Positions 40,154 to 49,525 of a DNA stretch of 64,000 nt are shown piece by piece. The translations under genes and the position numbers were made by a program. Source of the DNA: Actinomycetes bacterium (lineage in GTDB: Bacteria; Actinomycetota; Acidimicrobiia; Acidimicrobiales; Bog-793); contig JAJZMK010000093.1 in NCBI GenBank assembly GCA_021798275.1, positions 599-64,598 of the forward strand, in the 5' to 3' direction. The notes under the pieces were generated by a model. The model had not been told where the DNA came from, ran no database searches, and saw nothing but the letters and a program-made list of their open reading frames with translations. Positions within the stretch are counted from its first letter, which is position 1. Each line of letters opens with the position of its first letter.

Positions 40154-42505
40154 GTGACCGCTGATCGAACGAGTGCTTTATTGGAAGATTTGAATGAGGA
40201 GCAATCCGAAGCAGTCCTGTACCAATCGGGCCCCCTCGTAGTGGTAGCCGGAGCCGGATCAGGGAAGACGAGGGTTCTGACAAGACGTATCGCATACCTC
40301 ATTGCCCAGGGAGTTTTGCCTGAGCAGATCTTGGCCATAACTTTTACGAATAAAGCCGCACAAGAGATGAAGTCCCGTATCTATGAGTTGATCGGAGAGA
40401 CGGCTTCGGGGATGTGGATCTCCACCTTTCACTCCGCCTGCGTCAGAATCCTCAGAAGACATGCTGGACGGATTGGTTTTACACCTTCTTTTAGTATTTA
40501 TGACGATAGCGAGTCGCGAAGACTGATAGAGCTGGTAATCGCTCACCTTAATATGGATCACAAAAGGTATTCAGCACGGGCTATTTCACATATCATCAGT
40601 GCTTCTAAAAATGACATGTATTCTCCGGCATCTTATTTGGGAAAAGCCTCTAACGAGTTCGAAAAAAGTGTGGCTGCAATTTTTTTTGAGTATCAGAAGA
40701 GGTTACGGGATGCCAATGCCTTCGATTTCGATGATCTGTTATTAAAAACAGTTGAATTGCTAAAGAGCAACGAAGATCTGGCTTTAGCATATCAAGAGAG
40801 GTTTTATCATCTGCTTGTTGACGAGTATCAAGACACCAACAGAGCGCAGAACGAACTGGTAGCTCTGTTAGGTGCAAAAAGCCAAAATGTATGCGTTGTA
40901 GGTGACAGTGACCAGAGCATATATGCTTTTAGGGGGGCTAATTTCAGAAATTTATTGAACTTTCAATCGATGTTTTCAAACGCCAAAGTAATTGTCCTAA
41001 ATCAAAATTATCGTTCCACTCAAAACATCTTGGACGCTGCTAATGCCGTTATTGAACATAATGAGTCCAGAGTAAAAAAACGTCTCTGGTCGGCACTCGG
41101 GCCGGGAGAGAAAATCAAAATTTTCAGAGCCGGAGACGAACGTTATGAAGCCGCATTCGTGGCCAACGAAATTGTTAGTCTTGCTGCGGGAAAAATCACT
41201 TCTTATGCTGATATTGCCGTGTTCTATAGGACAAACGCACAAAGCAGAGCCATCGAGGAAGCGTTGGTCGACCGCAATATTGCCTACAAGGTCATAGGAG
41301 GGATAAGATTTTTTGACCGTAAGGAAATAAAAGACATTCTGGCCTACATGCGACTTATCGACAATATACGTGACGAGATATCTATAAGACGCGTCATCAA
41401 CGTACCAAAACGTAAAATCGGGGCAAAAGCCTTGGAAGCTATCGAGCGCTATGGGGAGGAGAATTCTCTGACTTTTTACGAAGTACTGCTCGATATAGAC
41501 AATTGTCCGCTTCCGTCTGCGGCCAGGTCCGGGGTAAAGAAATTCCTCGGACAACTGGAGTTGTTGCGCGACCTCAGAGACCTTCCACCGAAAAAGATTA
41601 TGGAAGATTTACTCGACGTCACTTCGTATAGGGAAGATCTTTTGGAAGAGGCAGATGAGGCCGGACCGTTGGCAAATCAGGCTATGAACCGCCTTGAGAT
41701 TATAGACGAACTGATGTCGGTTGCCATGGAGCATGAGGATCTGGAGTCTTTTCTCTCATCTACGGCTTTGCTGAGCCCCTCGGACGATTTGAAGAGTGGC
41801 AACGAAGCCGTTACCTTGATGACTATCCATGGGGCCAAAGGTCTTGAGTTTGATGCCGTATTTCTAACAGGTATGGAAGAAAGCCTATTTCCTCATGACA
41901 GGGCGATGTCTGATCCCGAAGAACTGGAAGAAGAACGCAGGTTGTGTTATGTGGGGATCACACGAGCCAGAAAATATCTTTATTTAACACATACTTATAC
42001 AAGGACAATTTTCGGCAGAACGCTGGACAGCCTGCCAAGCCGTTTTTTGCGCGAACTTCCAAAAGATCTGGTGGTGGACATGTCTATACATGCCGTCCGG
42101 GCCTCGGATACTTTCAGAGATGCGGCTCTGTTTACAGATGAACCCGAGGGCGTTATTTTTGGGATGGGGAATGCATCGGCTATGGCCGGATCACGATATT
42201 CCTATAGCGATATAGCAAGCAGGTCGTATGCGGAGAAAACTTTTACCGGATCAAATAGGAATCACACAAAAGCCGACGTTAGAAGAGACCATACCCCCGG
42301 CGAGATGAACCCATTTAAGGTGCGGGACGTAGATGAAATCAACCTCTTCCGAGTCGGAGATAAGATTAGCCATGCCAGATACGGTCAAGGTGTCGTCAAA
42401 AGCATCACTGGCAGTGATGGAGATAAAGTTGCAGTAATCTCTTTTCTGGACCACAAGGAAAGGAAATTTCTCCTGGCGGCGGCACCCATAAAGCTTCTGC
42501 AGTAA
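40154..42505 (+). CDS. pcrA: ATP-dependent DNA helicase PcrA/UvrD
   Basis: AGAGSGKT, VDEYQDTN, GDSDQSIY.FRGA, EERRLCYVGITRA and a C-terminal Tudor-like domain. Confidence 0.95.
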   Translation: MTADRTSALLEDLNEEQSEAVLYQSGPLVVVAGAGSGKTRVLTRRIAYLIAQGVLPEQILAITFTNKAAQEMKSRIYELIGETASGMWISTFHSACVRILRRHAGRIGFTPSFSIYDDSESRRLIELVIAHLNMDHKRYSARAISHIISASKNDMYSPASYLGKASNEFEKSVAAIFFEYQKRLRDANAFDFDDLLLKTVELLKSNEDLALAYQERFYHLLVDEYQDTNRAQNELVALLGAKSQNVCVVGDSDQSIYAFRGANFRNLLNFQSMFSNAKVIVLNQNYRSTQNILDAANAVIEHNESRVKKRLWSALGPGEKIKIFRAGDERYEAAFVANEIVSLAAGKITSYADIAVFYRTNAQSRAIEEALVDRNIAYKVIGGIRFFDRKEIKDILAYMRLIDNIRDEISIRRVINVPKRKIGAKALEAIERYGEENSLTFYEVLLDIDNCPLPSAARSGVKKFLGQLELLRDLRDLPPKKIMEDLLDVTSYREDLLEEADEAGPLANQAMNRLEIIDELMSVAMEHEDLESFLSSTALLSPSDDLKSGNEAVTLMTIHGAKGLEFDAVFLTGMEESLFPHDRAMSDPEELEEERRLCYVGITRARKYLYLTHTYTRTIFGRTLDSLPSRFLRELPKDLVVDMSIHAVRASDTFRDAALFTDEPEGVIFGMGNASAMAGSRYSYSDIASRSYAEKTFTGSNRNHTKADVRRDHTPGEMNPFKVRDVDEINLFRVGDKISHARYGQGVVKSITGSDGDKVAVISFLDHKERKFLLAAAPIKLLQ

Positions 42506-42567
42506 TAGAGTCGTATCCCGTAAAGAATTCTGTCTGAACCAAGAGCTTCTATTTGGTGACTTTTATG

Positions 42568-42882
42568 TCAGAATAATTTCTGATCTCCGCCATCAAAACT
42601 TGAAAGAATGGTTCTGTCCAGGTTCGATACTTCCACGACTTTATGTCTGGATGTAAAACCTTTTTTGATGACTACGTCGCCTTTTGAGACATGTAGTTTT
42701 TCTGCCAAGAGAGCGATGAGTTCCGCATTGGCCTTTCCGTTTCTAGGAGGAGACTTGATAAAAGCTTTCATCGTGACGGCACTGGGTGAATCGTCTAATA
42801 ACGACAGGGAAGATTTTTTGGCCCCGGGGTGTACATTAACTGTTATAAGAAGTTTTGATGAGCTATTGTATTGATATGACAT
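42568..42882 (-). CDS. DUF167 (YggU-like) protein
   Basis: V.VHPGAKK, PP.NGKAN.ELI..LA..L.V and G.TSRHK motifs. Start is uncertain (42882 or 42915). Confidence 0.85.
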   Translation of the reverse strand: MSYQYNSSSKLLITVNVHPGAKKSSLSLLDDSPSAVTMKAFIKSPPRNGKANAELIALLAEKLHVSKGDVVIKKGFTSRHKVVEVSNLDRTILSSFDGGDQKLF

Positions 42883-43577
42883 CCTGTGAAGCAACCTCTG
42901 TTCTCGATAAGACACAAGTACGGGAGATAAATCTATCTCATGTAGGTGTTGAAGGTCTTATTTTGGAGACTATTAAGCCCTTTTGGCTTCTTGACCATCC
43001 TTTTTATCGCCGTTGGCAGGATGGCCAACTAACACTTGAGGAGCTTGCTTGGTATGCTTCCCAGTATCGTTTATTTGAGCGCTATCTGCCGAGTTTCTTG
43101 ATCCGTCTTACGGCAGCGTTGCCAGACGGAGACGCCAGGGACTTGGTTTTGGCCAATTTGGCCGATGAAGAAGGCGATCCTATCGCTCATATCGATTTAT
43201 TTGAGAGGTTTGCCAATGCGGTGAACGCACCGGTGGCTCCGGCCGGACAAGCTGCGGCCAATCTCATCAGAGCACATGAGGAGCTCTTAGCTGAGAGCCC
43301 GACGGCTGCCCTGGCTGGGTTTCTGGCCTATGAGATACAGACGGCTGAGATAGCAAAGACCAAAGCAGACGGTCTGAAGAACTTTTACGGAATAAGTAAC
43401 TTCGGGGCATCGTTTTGGACTCACCATAGCGAACTGGAAAAAGACCATGCCGAATGGACAACCGACGCCCTTGCGTTGATGGCCGAAGACAAATCCGTTC
43501 TGGCCTATTCCGCAGAGAAGACAGCCCGGGCCTGGTGGGAATTTCTGGATGAGCAAGACTCACACTTTGTCCGATAG
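42876..43577 (+). CDS. CADD/PqqC/TenA-like heme-oxygenase-fold di-metal enzyme
   Basis: LLDHPFY..W..G.L, NLADEE..HIDL, AYE.Q, K..GL and H...E..H. Start is uncertain. Confidence 0.85.
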   Translation: MTSCEATSVLDKTQVREINLSHVGVEGLILETIKPFWLLDHPFYRRWQDGQLTLEELAWYASQYRLFERYLPSFLIRLTAALPDGDARDLVLANLADEEGDPIAHIDLFERFANAVNAPVAPAGQAAANLIRAHEELLAESPTAALAGFLAYEIQTAEIAKTKADGLKNFYGISNFGASFWTHHSELEKDHAEWTTDALALMAEDKSVLAYSAEKTARAWWEFLDEQDSHFVR

Positions 43578-43729
43578 GTAAAATATTTTTTAGACTACCA
43601 GGCAATAGAATTTTTGCCTGTATGCAATCGGTACTTGGACTTAAAAATAGGCGGGAGTAAAGAGATGTATTCTGCCTGGTCTATTATATTTATCTATATC
43701 AATAAAATATTTTCATTTTGGTTTTATAG

Positions 43730-44698
43730 ATGACCGGAGAGTCAATGTCATATGCCATTCAAGTAGAACACGTATATAAAACGTTCAAAGGCGGCGTCAA
43801 GGCTCTCAATGACGTGAGCCTGGAAGTCAAAGAGCAAAGCGTATTTGGTCTTTTGGGCCCGAATGGGGCTGGAAAAACCACTTTGGTCAGGGTTTTGACA
43901 ACGATTTTGCGACCAGACAGCGGCTCAGCAAAGATTCTGGGTTACGACGTCGCTGAACACGGCGATACGGTCAGACGCCTGTTCGGACTGGCCGGACAAT
44001 ACGCGGCCGTAGACGAGAACTTGACGGGTATGGAGAACCTCATCATGATCGCCCGTCTCAACCACCTCTCCAGGCAAGATGCCAAGAAAAGAAGCGGTGA
44101 ATTGCTGGAGCGGTTTGAATTGACCGATGCGGCGACGCGAGTACTGAAGACATATTCCGGTGGAATGAGGAGGCGGCTGGATTTGGCTGCGGCACTCGTG
44201 ACGACACCCCCCGTGCTTTTTCTAGACGAACCGACTACCGGACTTGACCCCAAATCACGGGCCTCTCTGTGGCAAATTATAGAAGAGCTGGTGAGAGACG
44301 GAGCAACCGTACTCCTTACGACCCAATATTTGGAAGAAGCGGACCGTCTGGCAAGTGAAATAGCCGTCGTTGATCACGGTAGGGTTATAAAGCGCGGGTC
44401 TCCGTCCGAACTTAAAGCATCTCTTGCTTCAACGGTATTGGAAATAGGGTTTACCTCCGCTGAGGATGCCGCGTCGGCAGCTAAGTTATTGATGTCCGTG
44501 CAAGGCAGAAACTTAAATATCTTAGAGGGGACAGTTGAAATTCAAGTAGACGAAGGCCCAAAGACGGCGGTAACCGTTCTGAGAGAGCTGGATAATGCCG
44601 GCCTTGAGCCTCAAACTTTCGTTTTGAGAGAGCCAAGCCTAGACGATGTGTTTCTTGCCCTTACCGGCCACCCCGGTGAGGGACCGACAGAAGACTGA
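43730..44698 (+). CDS. DrrA-like ABC-2 transporter ATP-binding protein
   Basis: GPNGAGKT, YSGGMRRR, LDEPTTGLDP, LTTQYLEEAD and PSLDDVFL. Confidence 0.93.
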   Translation: MTGESMSYAIQVEHVYKTFKGGVKALNDVSLEVKEQSVFGLLGPNGAGKTTLVRVLTTILRPDSGSAKILGYDVAEHGDTVRRLFGLAGQYAAVDENLTGMENLIMIARLNHLSRQDAKKRSGELLERFELTDAATRVLKTYSGGMRRRLDLAAALVTTPPVLFLDEPTTGLDPKSRASLWQIIEELVRDGATVLLTTQYLEEADRLASEIAVVDHGRVIKRGSPSELKASLASTVLEIGFTSAEDAASAAKLLMSVQGRNLNILEGTVEIQVDEGPKTAVTVLRELDNAGLEPQTFVLREPSLDDVFLALTGHPGEGPTED

Positions 44699-44722
44699 TA
44701 TAAAACGGACCCGACAGTTTAG

Positions 44723-45589
44723 ATGTCCGCTCTCAATGCGGATAAAGGTGGATATTTATTAATGACTGATGTTAATTCCGGACACATAACTCACATCAAC
44801 CCCAACTTAGACGTTTCTTTTATGGAAAATCTATATTGGGTGGTAAGCGACACGATAGCTCTGGCAAAGCGCAGTCTTTTGAAGGTTGTGCGCATCCCAG
44901 AATCTCTGTTCTTTTCAACAATCCAACCGATCATGTTCGTACTGCTGTTTCGCTATGTGTTTGGCGGTGCTATCCACGTGCCTGGGGTGAGTTATGTGAA
45001 TTATCTGATCCCCGGCATTTTCGTCCAAACCGTGGCTTTCGGGGCCGTGAATACCTCCATAGGGTTATCTGAAGACTTACAAAAAGGGATCATCGAACGC
45101 TTTAGGGCACTTCCCATGGCCCGTTCCGCCGTTTTGGTTGGCAGAACGATAGCCGATTTGGTCAGAAATTTTTTTGTCATGATCATTATTACCGTGGTCG
45201 GTTTTTTGGTCGGTTTTTCCATTAAGACCGGGGTGGTGGATTTTCTGGTCGGAGTGGGGATAATCTTACTGTTTTCCTATTCTCTGTCTTGGGGCTTTGC
45301 CGTTATCGGACTTTTTGCCCCCAACAGCGAGACGGCACAGGTTATGTCCTTCCCGCTACTTTTCCCCCTTACATTTGCCTCTTCGGCTTTCGTCCCCGTA
45401 GCGTCCATGCCAGGCTGGCTACAAGGTTATGCAAATCATCAACCGGTATCTGTAGTGGTAGACGCCGCTAGGGCATTGATGGTCGGGGGACCGGTTGCAT
45501 GGCCTCTTGAACAATCATTGATGTGGATCGCAGGAATTATAGTTGTACTGGCGCCGCTTGCTGTTCATCGCTACAGGAAAGTTGTTTGA
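44723..45589 (+). CDS. ABC-2 type (DrrB-like) permease
   Basis: QPIMFVLLF.YVFGG, PGIFVQ and SSAFVP...MPGWLQ. Confidence 0.92.
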   Translation: MSALNADKGGYLLMTDVNSGHITHINPNLDVSFMENLYWVVSDTIALAKRSLLKVVRIPESLFFSTIQPIMFVLLFRYVFGGAIHVPGVSYVNYLIPGIFVQTVAFGAVNTSIGLSEDLQKGIIERFRALPMARSAVLVGRTIADLVRNFFVMIIITVVGFLVGFSIKTGVVDFLVGVGIILLFSYSLSWGFAVIGLFAPNSETAQVMSFPLLFPLTFASSAFVPVASMPGWLQGYANHQPVSVVVDAARALMVGGPVAWPLEQSLMWIAGIIVVLAPLAVHRYRKVV

Positions 45590-45657
45590 CTAAAACGATA
45601 TTTGGTTGTCCGGGGTAAGCAGGTATTTTTTGCAAATCAGACCGCTTATTTACGGAG

Positions 45658-46212
45658 CTATTTGTCGGGTTGGATTTCTGTGGGGTGAAAGAGGATTTTT
45701 TTATAGTATCTCAGTTCCTCCACACTCTCGAGAATGTCATCCAGAGCCCGATGGGTGGAAGTTTTTTTTGGGGCTTGATAATATACCTTGGGAAACCACC
45801 TTTTAGCCAATTCCTTGATCGTGGAAACGTCAATCGAGCGGTAGTGGAAAAAATCTTCTAACCCCGGAAGATATTTACTGAGAAAACGCCTGTCAACCCC
45901 TATGGAGTTACCGCATAAGGGTATCCGAGCATCTCCTTGGACGTGGGTTTTCAAAAAAGCCATGGTTTGCTCAGCAGCTTCTTCCAGAGTCAGGGTGGAT
46001 TTTCTGATCTCGTCCAATAGACCGCTTTCAGAATGCATTTTATAGACCACTTCGTCCATTTCTTTCAGCTGGTCTTCCGTAGTCGATATTACTAAGTCCG
46101 GTCCTTCATAGATGATATCTAAGTTATCATCCGTTACCAGAGTAGCTATTTCCACAATGACATGGCGGCCAAGGTCAAGCCCCGTCATCTCTAAATCCAT
46201 CCAGGCGAGCAT
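45658..46212 (-). CDS. orn: Oligoribonuclease
   Basis: WMDLEMTGL, GNSI..DR.FL and HRALDDI.ES. A TAGCAT -10-like hexamer lies 6 nt before the ATG. Confidence 0.95.
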   Translation of the reverse strand: MLAWMDLEMTGLDLGRHVIVEIATLVTDDNLDIIYEGPDLVISTTEDQLKEMDEVVYKMHSESGLLDEIRKSTLTLEEAAEQTMAFLKTHVQGDARIPLCGNSIGVDRRFLSKYLPGLEDFFHYRSIDVSTIKELAKRWFPKVYYQAPKKTSTHRALDDILESVEELRYYKKILFHPTEIQPDK

Positions 46213-46366
46213 TTCATGATGCTACCCATAAATTTAGCTTTATATTTCATTTATCGGAACTTATTATAAATTTGAAACATGAAATCGGGCTTGCTCTCCT
46301 GCAGACCATCTATTCCGATGTTCGGAACACTCTCCAGAGCGAACCGGAGAAGTATAGAGTGTAGGG

Positions 46367-46813
46367 ATGGATATCAAAATCAAGAGGTTGGATCCGGAAC
46401 TCAGCTTACCTGCAACTGCCAAATACGGCGATGCGGGCCTGGATCTTTTTTCCAGAGTGGATGCGGAATTACCTCCTGGTAACAACCGGAAGTTAGTGCC
46501 AACCGGTATTGCCGTGGCCATCCCATTTGGTTACGCAGGACTAATTTTGCCGAGGAGTGGAACCGCGCTAAAACACGGGATTACATGTCTAAATTCCCCC
46601 GGTTTGATAGATGCCGGCTACAGGGGAGAGATTCAATGCATCTTGATCAATACCGACCCCTTCAACACGTTTTTTGTCAGGAGGGGAGATAGAATAGCAC
46701 AACTGGTTGTTGTGGAAGTCCCAGCGGTGAGGTTGACAGAAGTCGACGAATTAGATGTAACAGAACGCGGGGAGCACGGTTTTGGCCATAGCGGTATGCA
46801 AAGTCTCGTTTAG
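46367..46813 (+). CDS. dut: dUTP diphosphatase
   Basis: AGLDL, PRSG, GLIDAGYRGE and RGEHGFGHSG. TAGAGT lies 6 nt before the ATG. Confidence 0.96.
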   Translation: MDIKIKRLDPELSLPATAKYGDAGLDLFSRVDAELPPGNNRKLVPTGIAVAIPFGYAGLILPRSGTALKHGITCLNSPGLIDAGYRGEIQCILINTDPFNTFFVRRGDRIAQLVVVEVPAVRLTEVDELDVTERGEHGFGHSGMQSLV

Positions 46814-46922
46814 TTGCCAAGAATAAAGACAGTGCCTGTAATTCTTATTTATGTCCGTTAGCTTGTGGCGTAAATTATGCCGAAAGCGTATCTATACTAC
46901 GGATAACCATCCCTACGGATAA

Positions 46923-47321
46923 TCAGTGGCCGAGTATTTTTTCCGGTGTTATATGTAAAACCACTCTTTCGTCGCCGGGCTGATGCCAGGGGTAGTGGTC
47001 CTGGCCTATATATTTCTTGGCCATTTGATCGATGAAAGAAAAGTCCGGGTCGTCGGTGATAGAGGTCACTTTACCCCTTATTTCCGCATATCGATAAGGG
47101 TCTGAGGGGTCTAGAATCGAAACGGCGACATTGGCATTTTTGAGAATATTTTTATATTTTTGCCTGGTCTTTGTTTGACTGATCAGGATGTCTTTCCCAT
47201 CCCAGCCAAACCACACCGGAGAACTATGTAACTCTCCTTCGGGTCCGACGGTTGCTAAATGTGCAAATCCTTTTGATTCTAAAATATCTTTTACTTTATC
47301 CAAAGCACCGTTTGATGACAT
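46923..47321 (-). CDS. PPOX-class F420-dependent oxidoreductase
   Basis: AHLAT..G..HSSPVWF, K.KN, DP..PYRY.EIRG and KY.G..YP motifs. Confidence 0.88.
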   Translation of the reverse strand: MSSNGALDKVKDILESKGFAHLATVGPEGELHSSPVWFGWDGKDILISQTKTRQKYKNILKNANVAVSILDPSDPYRYAEIRGKVTSITDDPDFSFIDQMAKKYIGQDHYPWHQPGDERVVLHITPEKILGH

Positions 47322-47454
47322 TTCCTAGACTCCCATTGTCCATATAATTTTTGATACTTACTATTTTATAGGAAGTTTTATTTTTAAAGCCTTTTTCTCC
47401 AAACTTGTTTGATATGGCACTCGATGATTTGATAAGGTATTAATAAATATATTT

Positions 47455-47530
47455 GCGGACGTGGCTCAGCTGGTAGAGCATCACCTTGCCAAGGTGAGGG
47501 TCGCGGGTTCGAATCCCGTCGTCCGCTCCA
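47455..47530 (+). tRNA. tRNA-Gly(GCC)
   Basis: GCGGACG..CACCT-TGCCAAGGTG..GGTTCGAATCC..CGTCCGC-TCCA. Confidence 0.96.
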
Positions 47531-47757
47531 AGTTTTCCTCCAAGTGTTTTTCAAAACCGGCTTTTCTGTAAAAATAGTTAACTGAATCTTGAATCAGCCG
47601 TTCGTTTCAGCGAGTAAGCCATAGCGTCTGGATGAGTCTTTGTAAAATATCGATTGTGAGTCGGTAAACCTATGGCAACTATGACAACACAGCAACTTGA
47701 GCAAAAGCTCAAAAACCATTTTTTATGCCCTGTGGTGAGAGTAAAAAGCAAGATTTA

Positions 47758-49323
47758 TCAAGATTTAGCTTCGATCTCAGTATCAGAGGTTTCACGGTTC
47801 TTAAAAAGTACAGCCTCTATCTCTTGTAGAAACCCTATAACTTCTTTAGCTGAGTCTTGAAACGCTTTTTCTGCTTTGACCTGTTCTTTAGTGCACCAGT
47901 CAAGTACTTTTCTCAGAAGTGATTTTTTCTTTTCTCTCTTTTTATTACCTGTGCAACTCAAGGTATCGGCAACATCTGATGCAAACTCATCGGGGTAATA
48001 ACTTTCAAAGTCAGCTTCTTTCCAAGTGCGAAATTGATTCGGTGACCACGAAGAAAATTTTTTATGTAAATTATCTACTATCTTTTTTCCATCATCATCA
48101 CCGTCGACAATCACCCAAGCTCTATTTAGATAAAGATTTTGTTCCAGATGAGCAAATAAAAAAAGTCTATTAAAATCATTGAAGGTTGCTTCGACATTTT
48201 TATTTCCTCTGGCTGAAACTATTTGTATACGAGATAATTTGGGGGCGAACCATGGAACTAAGTATTTTTGAATGATACTCTGAGCCGATGATTCTTCTAA
48301 GATTAGCCAACCTTCGCAGGTGTCAAAATCATAAAGCTCATAGCCAAGTTGACGCAAAACTTGGATGCGGGTAGGAGTTGACTTATCAACTTCTTTGATC
48401 GACGATGTCGGTATGCTAAGGCCTTTGTATTCTTGGGCGACATGCAATAATTTACTCCTGCTATGGGCACCTAAATATTTGACTACGATATTGGAGTGAG
48501 TGGAAATAACAAATTGATTAGACTCCGCCTTTTCCCATATAAACTCTAATATTGCCTTTAAAGCCTCGGGGTGAAGGTCATTTTCCGGTTCTTCGATTAA
48601 AAAGAGGTTACCATCTGCCATGCACAAATCAGTGATGAGACCAAGCAAGTCGGCTACCCCTTCCCCCATCTCTTCAAGAGGGATATAAGAATCCCCAACT
48701 GATATGCCAGCTTGCTGTCCATTTTGTGATGCGTGTGTAGTGACGGTAAAGCCAAGTACATTTTGACAAAGTTCGTCGTATTCTTTCCATCGTGGGTTCG
48801 TTGGGTTAGAGAGACGAGCTACTTTAGAAACCAAATTAGAAAGATTATCGCTTATCTCATTTTGATTTTTAATATTTACTATCTGATTAAAATTGGTAAC
48901 CTTGCGCTTTGATAAGTAAGTATATAGAAAATTATCTGGTTCGAAGGAATGAAAAAGTTGGTTATTAGGTTGACCCATAGTATATTTGTGCGATCCTTTT
49001 TGTATGGTAAGTAGTGAATTCCTATCTTTGGCTAAAGAGATAACGAGTGGATCACTACCTGGAGAAGCTATGTATGAGTACTTCTTGTCAATGTTTTTTA
49101 AGTGATAGTTAATAGATAATTGATTTTCATCAAATCTAAGATATTTGTTGATAAGGCTATCAAGGAGTACTAGATCTGTCTGTAAAAGATGCAATGCTTT
49201 AATAACAGCCGACTTTCCGCTGTTATTATTGCCGATCAAGAGATTGATCTGATCAAGCTCTATTCCTCCGGTGTCTGTAAAACACTTAAAGTTGCCTATG
49301 CGTAGATTTGTAAGTTTCATCAA
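47758..49323 (-). CDS. ABC-type ATPase fused to a TOPRIM-like domain (OLD-like ATP-dependent nuclease)
   Basis: LRIGNFKCF, GNNNSGKS (Walker A), MGEG signature, LIEEPENDLHP and STHS. The C-terminal LILEE..VIVDGD..DFESY motifs are TOPRIM-like. Confidence 0.75.
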   Translation of the reverse strand: MMKLTNLRIGNFKCFTDTGGIELDQINLLIGNNNSGKSAVIKALHLLQTDLVLLDSLINKYLRFDENQLSINYHLKNIDKKYSYIASPGSDPLVISLAKDRNSLLTIQKGSHKYTMGQPNNQLFHSFEPDNFLYTYLSKRKVTNFNQIVNIKNQNEISDNLSNLVSKVARLSNPTNPRWKEYDELCQNVLGFTVTTHASQNGQQAGISVGDSYIPLEEMGEGVADLLGLITDLCMADGNLFLIEEPENDLHPEALKAILEFIWEKAESNQFVISTHSNIVVKYLGAHSRSKLLHVAQEYKGLSIPTSSIKEVDKSTPTRIQVLRQLGYELYDFDTCEGWLILEESSAQSIIQKYLVPWFAPKLSRIQIVSARGNKNVEATFNDFNRLFLFAHLEQNLYLNRAWVIVDGDDDGKKIVDNLHKKFSSWSPNQFRTWKEADFESYYPDEFASDVADTLSCTGNKKREKKKSLLRKVLDWCTKEQVKAEKAFQDSAKEVIGFLQEIEAVLFKNRETSDTEIEAKS

Positions 49324-49525
49324 TTATTATTTTATCCATAAAAAAACTTAAGAAAATAATTTGACGTATTTATTATCAAAATGCTTGTTAAAGTAAACTA
49401 TACTATTATAGTATACAGTGTAATAAGTTTACTTGCGATAGCCAAATAACTTAAATCATTTGATCAGTATATAAAAGGTTTTAAAAATTGAATGCTATGT
49501 AATTCATTATAATTGGTTTTAAGGT

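Noticed and set aside
46907..46922. Short direct repeat around CTACGGATAA near the PPOX gene stop
   Set aside because: Only two copies of 10 bp, with no supporting context.
47672..47860. 62-aa + strand ORF after tRNA-Gly(GCC)
   Set aside because: Half of it overlaps the OLD-like gene antisense, and it has no motif or RBS.
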